Below, in pieces: positions 1-10,913 of a DNA stretch of 64,000 nucleotides. This DNA is from Candidatus Versatilivorator sp. Lineage in GTDB: Bacteria > Acidobacteriota > Terriglobia > Versatilivoradales > Versatilivoraceae. The stretch lies in contig OZ242296.1 of NCBI GenBank assembly GCA_965207735.1, positions 32,001-96,000 of the forward strand. Reading direction: 5' to 3'. Every line of letters starts with the position of its first letter. The first letter of the stretch is position 1. The notes beneath the pieces are model-generated. The model was given only the letters and a program-made list of their open reading frames with translations. It had not been told where the DNA came from and ran no database searches. Both the position numbers and the translations under genes were made by a program.

Positions 1-1
1 G

Positions 2-100
2 CATAACGTCAGGATCAACGCGGTTGCAGTTGAAATCGATACGGGGACCGGCCAGGCCCTGGGAATCGAGAGACTCTCGGTCAGGGCCGAGTCCCCTTGA
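2..100 (+). CDS. 3' end of a probable YmdB/TIGR00282-family metallophosphoesterase (partial)
   Basis: Frame 2 reads HNVRINAVAVEIDTGTGQALGIERLSVRAESP*, which resembles the YmdB C-terminus; cut by the window edge. Confidence 0.55.
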   Translation, partial: HNVRINAVAVEIDTGTGQALGIERLSVRAESP

Positions 101-112
101 TCGGGTCTTGCG

Positions 113-236
113 TTGCCTGAAACAACCGACAAAAGACAAAAGAAAAAAGACTTATCCACGAAGGGCCACGAAGAACGACGAAGGGCCGCTAAGGCGCTGA
201 GGTGAACCGAGACGGGATACCAAGGTCGGGAAGGGG
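113..236 (+). repeat. Dispersed intergenic repeat with CACGAAG-type short units
   Basis: Close reverse-complement copy at about 30698-30820; partial copies at about 10253-10297 and 62073-62136. Confidence 0.8.
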
Positions 237-284
237 CTCAGCCTGGGCGCGGGTGGTGGTGGCGATTGATGATGGGAATACAGA

Positions 285-1619
<1,335 letters not shown>

Positions 1620-1622
1620 GCA

Positions 1623-2594
1623 ATGACTACTCGAATTGCTCTAGTCGGCCTTGGCGGTCCAACCGCCGCGACCTACCTGGAATGCCTCAGGCGAATGCCC
1701 GAAGTCCTGCCTGCGGCCGTGGTGGAACCCCGGTCCTGTCCGGGGACGGATCAGGGCGCGAGGCTTGAGGGGGTGGCGACCTTCCCCCGCCACCGAGACC
1801 TGTTGGAGCGATTTCCTGCCGACGGGATGGTTATCTGCGGTTCCGGTGGCTGCCGGAAAGGAACCGTGGTGGATTGCATCCGTGCGGGAAAAGCGATCCT
1901 GTGTGAGAATCCGATAGCGGAAACGTTGCTGGAAGCCCGCCAGATATGGGCCATTTCTCAGGCTCATGAGGTGCTGTTCGGGGTTTGTTTTCCAATCCGC
2001 TCGAGCTCGGCTTGCAGCCGGGCCAGGAAACGGATTCTGGAGGGAAGCCTGGGAAATCCCCTGACTGTCAAGGTCCGCAGGTCAGAAGGGGGAGGCGCCG
2101 GGGCTTCATCGGGGGACCCTTTCGGGGACGGTGGTGGCCCCTGGATACATCCTGGAACCGCCCTGGTCGATTCACTGCGTTGGCTGTTGGGTGGAGAATT
2201 CACCTTGGTGACGCTCATGGGCTCCACAGATAAAGCCGGTGACGGTTCAGGGTGGCTGCGTTTGGAGATGAATCACGGGTCTGTTGCCATCGTGGACGGC
2301 AGCCTGATGGATCCGCCGGGAGTCGTCAGGATGGCAGATGCGGTCTTGCTCGAGATCTCCGGTACCCGGGGGCGCCTGGATCTGGAGTTGTTTACGGGCG
2401 CGGATTCCGCCGGGTCCGACCCCGATTCCGATTCGCCTGCAGAAACGCCGATCCGGCCGATGCTGGCCAATTTCGTGGAAGCTGTCCGAGGCCGGACGCG
2501 GATTGCGGCGGGGGGAACGGATGGGTTGCGAGCCATGGAAGTGGTGCAAGCCGCCCGGCGCGCTTGGAGGTATCGTACGGCTGTGGTTCTCTGA
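1623..2594 (+). CDS. Gfo/Idh/MocA-family oxidoreductase (divergent)
   Basis: N-terminal IALVGLGG Rossmann motif; GKAILCENP is a variant of EKP; C-terminal DGLRAMEV. Confidence 0.75.
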   Translation: MTTRIALVGLGGPTAATYLECLRRMPEVLPAAVVEPRSCPGTDQGARLEGVATFPRHRDLLERFPADGMVICGSGGCRKGTVVDCIRAGKAILCENPIAETLLEARQIWAISQAHEVLFGVCFPIRSSSACSRARKRILEGSLGNPLTVKVRRSEGGGAGASSGDPFGDGGGPWIHPGTALVDSLRWLLGGEFTLVTLMGSTDKAGDGSGWLRLEMNHGSVAIVDGSLMDPPGVVRMADAVLLEISGTRGRLDLELFTGADSAGSDPDSDSPAETPIRPMLANFVEAVRGRTRIAAGGTDGLRAMEVVQAARRAWRYRTAVVL

Positions 2595-2615
2595 GCCGGT
2601 TGAGGGAGGTGTGTC

Positions 2616-3416
2616 ATGGAATCAAGTCCAAGCAATCCTGCCCTGGGTGGCGGCGACTACGCACTGGGAATGGTCACCTGGAATTTGGGAAAGGACTGGG
2701 ATCTGCCGACCCTGATCGAGGCCTGTGAGGCGACGGGCTTCCGTTCGGTCGAGCTGCGCACCACCCACAGGCATGGAGTGGAACCCGATCTGGGCAGGGA
2801 AGAGCGCGTTGCCGTCGCCAGCCGTTTCGGATTCTCTCCCATTCGCCTGCTGAGCCTGGGGACTGCTTGTGAATTCCACTCCAACGACGGGAGCGTCGTC
2901 CGCCGGAATGTCGAAGAGACCAAGCAATTTGTGGAACTGGCCCACGATGTGGGGGCCCTTGGAGTGAAGGTGCGCCCCAATGGGATCCCCGATGAGGTTC
3001 CGGAGAGCCAAACCCTGAATCAGATTGCGGAGGCCCTGCGGGAGTGCGGACAACATGCTCGGGGCTACGGCGTGGAAATCTGGCTGGAAGTCCACGGGCC
3101 CAAGTCGAACAGTCCGGCTCGGGTACGGAGAATCATGGAGTTGGCCGACCATCCCATGGTCGGGGTCTGCTGGAATTCGAACCCGGAAGACGTCGAGGAA
3201 GGTTCGGTGGCCAAGAGCTTCGAACTGTTGAAGCCCTGGCTGAGGAATGTTCATATCAGGGAGCTTTGGAGGAAGGACTACCCCTGGCGGGAGCTCTTCG
3301 ACCTGCTTACCCAGGCCGGTTACCGTCGATATACTTTGGCCGAGATTCCAGCCGGCTCCGATGGCGTTCGATTGATGCGGTACTACCAAGCGCTCTGGAA
3401 GGAGCTCAAGGGGTAG
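2616..3416 (+). CDS. Sugar phosphate isomerase/epimerase (xylose isomerase-like TIM barrel)
   Basis: VELRTTH, LEVHG and HIREL motifs; GGAGG RBS. Confidence 0.8.
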   Translation: MESSPSNPALGGGDYALGMVTWNLGKDWDLPTLIEACEATGFRSVELRTTHRHGVEPDLGREERVAVASRFGFSPIRLLSLGTACEFHSNDGSVVRRNVEETKQFVELAHDVGALGVKVRPNGIPDEVPESQTLNQIAEALRECGQHARGYGVEIWLEVHGPKSNSPARVRRIMELADHPMVGVCWNSNPEDVEEGSVAKSFELLKPWLRNVHIRELWRKDYPWRELFDLLTQAGYRRYTLAEIPAGSDGVRLMRYYQALWKELKG

Positions 3417-3443
3417 GCGGGTCGGTTTTCCTTCCTTTCCGGG

Positions 3444-4439
3444 TCAAGCCCTGATGTTGACCCAGACATGCACGTGGGGGCTGCCGCGGAAGTACCAGAC
3501 CATGTTCCTGCCCTGTAGCTGCCAATTGTCCCAAATGCCGTCGTTTCCAACATCGCCGCTGCGGTAGAAGGACAGGCTCAGTCCATCCAGCTTCCCCTCC
3601 TTCTTGATGTAGCGCATGGCTTCCTCGGCGTCTGGTCGGCGAAAGGGCAACAGCAGGTCGGCCAGCACCTCCTCTACCAACTCCACCTGGTCGCGGCTCA
3701 TTTCCGAAACGGGCAGTCCGGCCAGTTCCTCATCCAATCTCACGGTTCGAGTCTGCTGCTCCTTGCGGGGATCGGTGAGCAGCGCCATTTGGCGTTGCTT
3801 GCCGTCCAGGGCCTGGAATACCCGGTTGGCCGACTTGGCCTGGAACCAGTAGACATTACCGGGATGGTCCGGAGCCTCGTAGAAGTCGCGGGCTGCATGA
3901 CCATAGAAGATCGGTCCCCCGAAAGCGGCTCCTTCCACCGAGTCGCCGTCGCAGCGCATGGTGCAGTGTCTTCCGGTGAGAACGAACTCGAACTTTCCCG
4001 TTGCCGGTCGTCCAAAGATGGCGATGGAGTAGTTGCCCAGGCTCCCGCCATCTTCCTTCATGTGTTCCATGACCCTGTCCACGTAGTCCGGATTGTGAAC
4101 CCCTTCAAAGATCTCTCGGATCATCGCCTGTTGGTCGGGCGTGTAGAAGCGGTTGATCTTGTGAGGAGTAATCGCCCAGTTGTTGTCCACCTTGGAACGA
4201 AGGGGATGATCGAAGGGGAACGTCATGACTCTTTGCTGTTCCTCCGACAGGCTCTTGTAGAGTGTGGCCACAAGAGTCTCCGAGTCGCGAGGGGGTTTGG
4301 AAGCTGCCGCGGACAGTGTCCCCGCGGGGAGGGTCGCCCCGGCCGCCAGTCCCACTCCTCCCAGGACAGCCGTCTTCAGAAACGTCCGGCGCTCGCCGAT
4401 TGAGAACTTGGCCGATGCCGGCTTGGTTGGGTGCCGCAT
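3444..4439 (-). CDS. Tat-exported DUF3500-family protein
   Basis: RRTFLK Tat motif; YSIAIFG/GRHCT; C-terminal PHVH; AAGGAGG RBS upstream of ATG 4439. Confidence 0.7.
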   Translation of the reverse strand: MRHPTKPASAKFSIGERRTFLKTAVLGGVGLAAGATLPAGTLSAAASKPPRDSETLVATLYKSLSEEQQRVMTFPFDHPLRSKVDNNWAITPHKINRFYTPDQQAMIREIFEGVHNPDYVDRVMEHMKEDGGSLGNYSIAIFGRPATGKFEFVLTGRHCTMRCDGDSVEGAAFGGPIFYGHAARDFYEAPDHPGNVYWFQAKSANRVFQALDGKQRQMALLTDPRKEQQTRTVRLDEELAGLPVSEMSRDQVELVEEVLADLLLPFRRPDAEEAMRYIKKEGKLDGLSLSFYRSGDVGNDGIWDNWQLQGRNMVWYFRGSPHVHVWVNIRA

Positions 4440-4566
4440 GATTCCTCCTTGCGCCTGAAGCCGTTTTGGAATGCCAAACGATGGTAATTTGAATTTATTA
4501 TACACCCGCCTCATGGATTTGGCGGGGAAAGCAGGCGGGGGGAGAAATGCTTTTCGGGTGGGTCGT

Positions 4567-4642
4567 TGGTGCCCAGGGACGGAATTGAACCGCCGACGCC
4601 AGCCTTTTCAGGGCTGCGCTCTACCGACTGAGCTACCTGGGC
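4567..4642 (-). tRNA. tRNA-Phe (GAA)
   Basis: 76 nt GCCCAGGTAGCTCAGTCGGTAGAGC...CAGCC-CTGAAAA-GGCTG...GGTTCAATTCC...CTGGGCACCA with encoded CCA. Confidence 0.97.
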
Positions 4643-4687
4643 ATCCCGCGGCTTTGGCGCCGGCGCCGCTTGCGCCAAAGCCTGGGA

Positions 4688-4716
4688 AGTATAGTGAAAG
4701 TCCCCCGGCATTTCAA
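4688..4716 (-). promoter_or_regulatory. sigma70-type promoter of tRNA-Phe
   Basis: Minus strand TTGAAA-N17-TATACT about 45 nt upstream of the tRNA. Confidence 0.65.
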
Positions 4717-4733
4717 GCATCATGGGGACCGAC

Positions 4734-4872
4734 ATGGACGCCATTCCGGACTGCCTATGTGTCGAGACCGATGGAATTCGGGCCGAACACGGAGCCCGAT
4801 CTGACGCCGGATTCGAACTTCGATCTGGTGGCCACCGACTTCAACGACATGGCGAGCCGGTTCGGGCCGTGA
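4734..4872 (+). pseudogene. C-terminal fragment of a haloacid dehalogenase type II-like protein
   Basis: FRTAYVSRPMEFGPNTEPDLTPDSNFDLVATDFNDMASRFGP* resembles the HAD-II C-terminus; no N-terminal part present. Confidence 0.5.
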
Positions 4873-4911
4873 TCCGCGCGTTGGAAGGGACCACTCGGCA
4901 CGCCGACCCAA

Positions 4912-6267
4912 TCAGCAGCGGGTCTTGCTCTCGATCCACCCGCGCACGTCGTCCAGCGCGTCGGCGAGCGCCTTGCGCCTTCGCCGCAGGGCGCTACGAG
5001 TCCGGAGCGGCATCCGGCGCAGCGCCAAAAAGGCGCGCACGGTGCGCCAGACGGCAGATTCGCGCTCGACCGCCAGTGTTCCCAGGATGGCCAGAGCCAC
5101 CAGTGCGAGACCAATCGCAAGGCCGGGCGCCGTCCCGGTTCGAGTGCCGGCCGAGGCGGCTATGGCGGTAATCCAGGCGACGTGGATCAGGCCGCCGCCG
5201 ATGATCTGCCATACTGCGCGGCTCTGGAGATCCAGCGCCCACCGGCCGATCCGGTCGGTGAGCCAGCAAGGAAGGGCGAAGACGACGACGCTTGCGATCG
5301 CCAGCGGGCCGAGCAGCAGAGCAAGAAGCCCTTCCCGCAAAGTGAAGCGGATGACCTGGGCGGCCGGGATGCGTTGGTCGAGGTCGCGCTCGCGGAGCCC
5401 GAAGCGGGCCAAGCTCGCCAGATATTCCTCCACCTCCGCCATGATTTCGGCCAGCCTCGCCGGATCCCTCTGGCGGAGTTCCGCCATCCCCGCGGCAATC
5501 AGGCGGCGGCGACCCAACCGCTCCCGCGCCTCGCGCGACGATCCGCGAGCGGCGGCGTAGAGGCGGTCGATACGCTCGACGATGGGCAGGTCGTGCCGCG
5601 GCTCGGCTTCGATCATCAAGTGCTTCAGGCGGTGTTCGATCCTGTCTGTGAGAGTCCGTATGACGGTCGCTTCGGCCTCCGCATACCCTGCGGTGAGGTC
5701 TGCGTAGTCCACCGTGCGCCCGAAGACCACTGTCACCCGGGAGCGGAAGCGGGCCAGGGCATCGAAGTTGAGCCCGACCGGTACGATGGTCACCGGATGA
5801 CCTGCGGCGCAACTGTTGAGCACCATGCGGGCGGCGCCGGTCCGCAGCGGCTCGAGTCGACCGCCGGTGTGACTGGTGCCTTCCGGGAAAAGGCAGATGG
5901 CCTCGCCGCCGGCGAGCGCCGCCGCCACCGCCGAAAACATCTCCAGGTTGCGGGAGGTATCGACGCCTGGATCCATCTTGCGGTAGACGGGAATCGCCCC
6001 CGAGCGGCGGATCAGCGGGCTGAGCGGGTGCCGTGCGAAGAGCGTGGACTTGGCGAGGAACCGGATGCGCCGCCCGGCCGTGGTCTGAATGACCGGCGGA
6101 TCGATGAGGGTGTTGGGGTGGTTGGCGACCAGCAGCAGTGGGCCGTCCGGTAGCGGGCCGCCGATGCGTTCAACCTTGTAGTAGGCGTACACACCCAGCC
6201 GCCCCAACCCCCACACCCATGATCGCGAAGGGGTCGTTCCGGCGGGCACGGTCGGAGCGGCCGTCAT
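4912..6267 (-). CDS. Lysophospholipid/glycerol-phosphate acyltransferase family membrane protein
   Basis: NHPNTLID (HX4D) and FPEGTSH motifs; C-terminal TM helices. Confidence 0.88.
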   Translation of the reverse strand: MTAAPTVPAGTTPSRSWVWGLGRLGVYAYYKVERIGGPLPDGPLLLVANHPNTLIDPPVIQTTAGRRIRFLAKSTLFARHPLSPLIRRSGAIPVYRKMDPGVDTSRNLEMFSAVAAALAGGEAICLFPEGTSHTGGRLEPLRTGAARMVLNSCAAGHPVTIVPVGLNFDALARFRSRVTVVFGRTVDYADLTAGYAEAEATVIRTLTDRIEHRLKHLMIEAEPRHDLPIVERIDRLYAAARGSSREARERLGRRRLIAAGMAELRQRDPARLAEIMAEVEEYLASLARFGLRERDLDQRIPAAQVIRFTLREGLLALLLGPLAIASVVVFALPCWLTDRIGRWALDLQSRAVWQIIGGGLIHVAWITAIAASAGTRTGTAPGLAIGLALVALAILGTLAVERESAVWRTVRAFLALRRMPLRTRSALRRRRKALADALDDVRGWIESKTRC

Positions 6268-6332
6268 GGCTTCTCAGTCGCGTCTGGTGGCCGGGAAGCG
6301 GGAAACGGAGTTTCAGGGCAGGCAGTCCTGGA

Positions 6333-7253
6333 TTACAACTTGCGCTCGGCCGACAAGCCCTTGTCCTTGGGGACGCTCAGGTAACCGATGATGCGGTTCC
6401 TTCGGACTTCATTGACCACCAGCTCGTATCGCAACTTGGTGGGGCCCACCAGAAATTGCACCGGCTCGTTGATGGTGCGCCGCTTCTTCTCCAAGGTGCT
6501 GTCGTCGACCACAATGCGGACGTTGTAGCGCTGCCTCCTGCGATTGGTCTTGGTCACCCCGATGCGAATATCTCCGACCAGGGCAAAACCCTTCTTCTTC
6601 TGAATGTCGAACTCGTAGAAGTTTCGCTCGCCCTTGAGACGCAGTTGCGTGAGCTCATCCTTGTTCCTGGCGATCTGCTGGGTCAGGGTGGCGCGAACGT
6701 CAACGATGTCGCGGCGGGCGCCCTCCAGAGCCTTGCGTGTGGCTTCCACGTCGGTCTTGACCTTGCTGACATCCTCGTCGACGGCGCCAAAGCGACTGTC
6801 GGAGGCGGTCTTCAACTCGGAAAGCTGTCGGGAATCGGCTTTTCGGGCGATTTCCACGTTGAGCTGCTGCACCGACCGCTGCTGCTCCTCCCTGATCCGC
6901 CGGGCCGCGGCCCGGGCGCGGTTCAATTCCTTCTGGGTCACACCCAGCCGGTCTTGCACCACCGTGAAATCAGCGGTCAAGGCGCCCAATTTCTGGTCGA
7001 ACTTCTGATCTTGCTCCTGCTGCTCGGTTACTGCCTCCATCATCTCGTCTTCCAGGGCGGCCACCTGGTCCTGGGATTCGAGGATCTCGTCCTTGTTGCC
7101 CAGAACCTGGTAGATCAGAAAGACCTGCAGTCCCAGCAGAATGACGAAGCCGAACAATCCCCAGCGGGGAATGGACCGACCCGACATGCCTGCCGTGGCC
7201 GATGGCTTTGGCTTGGGTTGGTCGAGGGGCTTGCCGTCCGTGAAGCTGTTCAT
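6333..7253 (-). CDS. Hypothetical membrane-anchored coiled-coil protein
   Basis: One TM segment, long coiled coil and beta-rich C-terminus; AAGGAG RBS. Confidence 0.7.
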   Translation of the reverse strand: MNSFTDGKPLDQPKPKPSATAGMSGRSIPRWGLFGFVILLGLQVFLIYQVLGNKDEILESQDQVAALEDEMMEAVTEQQEQDQKFDQKLGALTADFTVVQDRLGVTQKELNRARAAARRIREEQQRSVQQLNVEIARKADSRQLSELKTASDSRFGAVDEDVSKVKTDVEATRKALEGARRDIVDVRATLTQQIARNKDELTQLRLKGERNFYEFDIQKKKGFALVGDIRIGVTKTNRRRQRYNVRIVVDDSTLEKKRRTINEPVQFLVGPTKLRYELVVNEVRRNRIIGYLSVPKDKGLSAERKL

Positions 7254-7478
7254 CGTTCTTGTCTCCTTTCTCGCTCGAACGTGCTGGAGATCGGCTGTCT
7301 ATCCCTGCGCTTTTGAAACGAGTAGCTTAGCAATCTTCAGCCCGAATTCCCATGAAAAGATGGCTTCAAGCGCGGGCGAGTTGCTTTCGAATTGGCAACG
7401 GCCGAGTCTTTCAAGAGGCGACTTGATGAAATCGGGCTTCTGTTCCTACAATGTCGGCGGTTTACGGAGCTGTTCCTG

Positions 7479-8279
7479 ATGAAATCTCTCATCTTTGCAG
7501 CCTGCACGGCCGCTGTCCTGCTGCCGGCAACGGTCCAGTCGCCCTCGTCCCCACGGCAGGGCGGGTTCCTGGAACGGACCCTCGCCATCGGTCCGGAGGT
7601 CTACCGATATCAGGTTTTCCTTCCGGTCGGGTGGGAGCCCCGGAAAACCTGGCCCGTGGTGCTGTTTCTCCACGGCAACGGCGAACGGGGCGATGACGGC
7701 TGGCGCCAGACGCTGGTGGGTATCGGCCCCGCCATTCGGCGGCATCCCGAGAGGGTTCCGGCAATCGTCGTCCTGCCCCAGTGCCGCAGGGGAATGTGGT
7801 GGACCCACAGCCCGATGGAGAGACTGGCGCTGGCAGCCTTGGAAGCGTCGGTTCGGGACTTTGGCGGGGATCCCGACAGAGTATTCCTCACCGGAATTTC
7901 CATGGGAGGGTACGGCACCTGGAGTCTGGCGGCCAGGCATCCGGATAGGTTTGCCGCCCTGGCTCCGATCTGCGGCGGTGTTGTGCCGCCAACGGGGGTC
8001 AAGGTCCCGGAGGACCATCCACCGCTGGAATTGTCTTCCGATCCCTACCGCAGCATGGCCGCCAGGATCGGCCAGACACCGGTCTGGATATTTCACGGTA
8101 CCGATGACCCGCGGGTGCCGGTTTCGGAGTCTCGCAGCATGGCGGCGGCAATGCAGGCAAAGGGGAAGCCGGTGCGCTTCAGCGAGTATGCGGGAGTCGG
8201 CCACGATTCCTGGGAGCAGGCCTACGCCGAACCCGATTTTTTCCTCTGGCTCCTGTCGCACCGGTCGGCCCGGCCGTAG
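7479..8279 (+). CDS. Secreted alpha/beta-hydrolase (esterase/peptidase)
   Basis: LFLHGNGERG, GISMGG nucleophile elbow, FHGTDD and GHDSW; signal peptide after ATG 7479. Confidence 0.85.
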   Translation: MKSLIFAACTAAVLLPATVQSPSSPRQGGFLERTLAIGPEVYRYQVFLPVGWEPRKTWPVVLFLHGNGERGDDGWRQTLVGIGPAIRRHPERVPAIVVLPQCRRGMWWTHSPMERLALAALEASVRDFGGDPDRVFLTGISMGGYGTWSLAARHPDRFAALAPICGGVVPPTGVKVPEDHPPLELSSDPYRSMAARIGQTPVWIFHGTDDPRVPVSESRSMAAAMQAKGKPVRFSEYAGVGHDSWEQAYAEPDFFLWLLSHRSARP

Positions 8280-8369
8280 CCGGCACTTCCGGTTGAGGGG
8301 TTGTCCGGGAAGGTTGCATCCTTATCCGGGTGCGGGCGCAAGCCGGGTGGGGCGGGTCACCCGGTCTGT

Positions 8370-8399
8370 TTGCCTTCATCTCGATCCTTTCCCTATAAT
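8370..8399 (+). promoter_or_regulatory. Putative sigma70 promoter of leuC/leuD-like genes
   Basis: TTGCCT-N18-TATAAT. Confidence 0.45.
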
Positions 8400-8475
8400 G
8401 GCCGGGTTTGTTCAGGAATAAAAAAGTGTGATCGACCGGCCGGGACGCGTCTAGCCCTTTCCATTCGGCACCGGA

Positions 8476-9735
8476 GTGAAAATGCCTCAGACACTGGCGG
8501 AAAAGATTTTTTCCAACCACTGCGGGAGAGCGGTGCGAGCCGGGGATTTCATCCTGGCCGATCTGGATCTGGTCATGGCCCATGACACCACCTGCGCCTG
8601 GGCTTTGGAGCCCTTTTACCAAATCGCCGAACGGGTATTCGATCCCAAGAAAATCTTCATTCCCTTTGACCATGCCTTTCCGAGCCCCAGCGTGGCCATG
8701 TCCAAGTTGCAGAATCAGATCAGGAAGTTTGCCGATGAACAGGGCATTCCGGTGGTTTATGACGGCGTTTGCCACCAGGTCATGTCGGAGCGCCTGATAA
8801 ATCCGGGCAACCTCATCCTGGGCGCGGACTCCCACAGCCCCACCGGCGGTGGTCTGGGCGCCCTCACCATCGGGGTGGGTTCGACCGACGCGGCCATCGC
8901 CATGGCTACCGGCAAGAGCTGGTTCAGGGTTCCCCGGACGATCCGGGTCACTGTCAGCGGCGATCTGCCCAATGGCAGTTACTCCAAGGACGTCGTGCTG
9001 GCGGTGGCCAGGGAGATGGGTCCTGACGGGGCCAACTACCGGGTCATCGAATACGCGGGACCCACGGTGGAGGGCTTTAACGTGCCGGCCCGGCTGACGC
9101 TGACCAACATGAGCGCCGAAATGGGGGCCAAGGCAGCCGTGGTGGCCCCTGACGACCAGACGCGGGCCTATCTCGAGGAAAACGATCGACTGGTGGACTT
9201 CGAACCCCTGCGCAGCGATCCTGGGGCGTCCTTCGAACGGGAGCTTTGCTTCGATGTGTCGGACCTCAAACCCATGATCGCCTGCCCCCCGGATATCGAC
9301 AACGACGTGCCGGTGGAGCAGGTCGAAAGAGAGAAGATTGCGGTGGATCAGGTCTTTATCGGATCCTGCACCAACTGCCGCATTGAAGATCTCGAGGTCG
9401 TTCACCGGATGTGGCAGGGGAAGAGGGTGAAGGAGGGGTTGCGGGCCATTGTCACTCCGGCCTCGCGCCGAGTCTACCTGCAGGCGCTTCAGCGAGGATA
9501 CGTGGAGGAGTTCGTCAACTTCGGGGCGGTGGTCTCCAGCCCTGGTTGCGGGCCCTGCCTGGGCCGGTCGGGTGGCGTGCTCTACGACAACGAGGTGTGC
9601 GTTTCCACCAGCAACCGCAACTTCGAGGGCCGAATGGGCAGCCCCACGGCCAAAATTTACCTGGCCAGCCCCGCGACCGCCGCGGCTTCGGCCTTGACCG
9701 GCCGCATTACCGACCCAAGATCGTACGTTGTCTGA
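8476..9735 (+). CDS. leuC: 3-isopropylmalate dehydratase/homoaconitase large subunit
   Basis: DSH, GSCTNCR, PGCGPCLG and STSNRNFEGRMG aconitase-family motifs. Confidence 0.88.
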   Translation: MKMPQTLAEKIFSNHCGRAVRAGDFILADLDLVMAHDTTCAWALEPFYQIAERVFDPKKIFIPFDHAFPSPSVAMSKLQNQIRKFADEQGIPVVYDGVCHQVMSERLINPGNLILGADSHSPTGGGLGALTIGVGSTDAAIAMATGKSWFRVPRTIRVTVSGDLPNGSYSKDVVLAVAREMGPDGANYRVIEYAGPTVEGFNVPARLTLTNMSAEMGAKAAVVAPDDQTRAYLEENDRLVDFEPLRSDPGASFERELCFDVSDLKPMIACPPDIDNDVPVEQVEREKIAVDQVFIGSCTNCRIEDLEVVHRMWQGKRVKEGLRAIVTPASRRVYLQALQRGYVEEFVNFGAVVSSPGCGPCLGRSGGVLYDNEVCVSTSNRNFEGRMGSPTAKIYLASPATAAASALTGRITDPRSYVV

Positions 9736-9752
9736 ACGGGGTTTCCGATCCG

Positions 9753-10247
9753 ATGAACTGGAAGTTCGGGGATAATATCAACACCGATCTGATAACTCCC
9801 GGCCGCTACAACATCACCACCGATCCCAAGGAGCTGGCCAAGGCCTGCTTCATCGAGTATCGCCCGGAATTCCGCCGGCAGGTTCAAACCGGCGACTTCG
9901 TGGTGGCCGGTCACAACTTCGGCTGCGGCAGCTCGCGTGAGACGGCGGCGGTGGCGCTCAAGCACTCCCAGCTGCGAGCCGTCATCGCCAAGTCCTTTGC
10001 CCGGATCTTCTTTCGCAACGCCATCAATCTGGGACTGCTGTGCATCATTGGCGATACCGACTCCATCGAGGAGAGCGACCGTCTGGAATTGAACATTTCG
10101 AATCAGGTGCTTCGCAACCTCACCAGGAATCAGACCATCCCGATTGAAATTCCTCCCATGATGCTCCGGCTCTATCGGGAAGGCGGTATCATCAACTTTC
10201 TGAAGAAGAATGGCCTCTCCGCTCTCGCCGACCTGGAGAAGTTTTGA
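9753..10247 (+). CDS. leuD: 3-isopropylmalate dehydratase/homoaconitase small subunit
   Basis: WKFGDNINTDLITPG, NFGCGSSRE and SFARIFFRNAIN. Confidence 0.88.
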   Translation: MNWKFGDNINTDLITPGRYNITTDPKELAKACFIEYRPEFRRQVQTGDFVVAGHNFGCGSSRETAAVALKHSQLRAVIAKSFARIFFRNAINLGLLCIIGDTDSIEESDRLELNISNQVLRNLTRNQTIPIEIPPMMLRLYREGGIINFLKKNGLSALADLEKF

Positions 10248-10249
10248 AC

Positions 10250-10375
10250 CGGCTTGTCTGAAACAACCGAAAAAAGACAATAGAAAGAGCCTTTTGCAAT
10301 ATTCGGCAGCGTGACCTTTACCGGGAATGGACACAAAAGGCACAAAAAGAGCAGAGCACTGAAAGCCTGCAAGTG
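10250..10375 (+). repeat. Composite dispersed repeat
   Basis: Joins the 113-type repeat end to a segment matching the reverse complement of 30575-30671. Confidence 0.75.
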
Positions 10376-10398
10376 GGGTTGAGGAGAGCCACTCGATT

Positions 10399-10902
10399 AT
10401 GGAAACGCTAGCCAAACCTCGGGCGTTGGTAGTGACGGTCAGCGACTCCGCCTCTCGCGGGGAGCGCCAGGACCTTTCGGGTCCTGCTGCCTGCGAGGCG
10501 TTGGAGGCGCTGGGGTGTGAGGTTCTGGACCGCGCCGTGGTCCCGGACGAACTGGAGCACATCAGGGAGTGCCTGTTGAAGGGATGTGAGGTTCACAAGG
10601 TCGAGCTGGTGGTGACCACCGGCGGGACCGGCCTGGCGCCCAGGGACGTCACTCCCGAGGCCACGGCCTGCGTTATCGAGAGGGAAGTTCCCGGACTGGC
10701 TCAGTTGATGCGGTCGGAGGGGATCAGGAAGACTCCCAGGGCGGCTCTTTCGCGCGCCCTGGTGGGCGTGCGCGGCGGGACGCTCATCATCAACCTGCCC
10801 GGCAGCGTCAAGGGGGTTCGGGAGTCCCTGGAAGCCTTGCAAGCCGTGCTGCCCCATGCCCTGGAGGTCATTTCCGGGAACACGGTCCGCTGCGGCGGGT
10901 AG
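10399..10902 (+). CDS. Molybdopterin adenylyltransferase (MogA/MoaB family)
   Basis: TVSDS, TTGGTGLAPRDVTPEAT and INLPGS. Confidence 0.93.
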   Translation: METLAKPRALVVTVSDSASRGERQDLSGPAACEALEALGCEVLDRAVVPDELEHIRECLLKGCEVHKVELVVTTGGTGLAPRDVTPEATACVIEREVPGLAQLMRSEGIRKTPRAALSRALVGVRGGTLIINLPGSVKGVRESLEALQAVLPHALEVISGNTVRCGG

Positions 10903-10913
10903 TCGGTCCGGAT

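Noticed and set aside
4500-4642. Integrative element at tRNA-Phe
   Set aside because: No integrase and no duplicated tRNA 3' end seen
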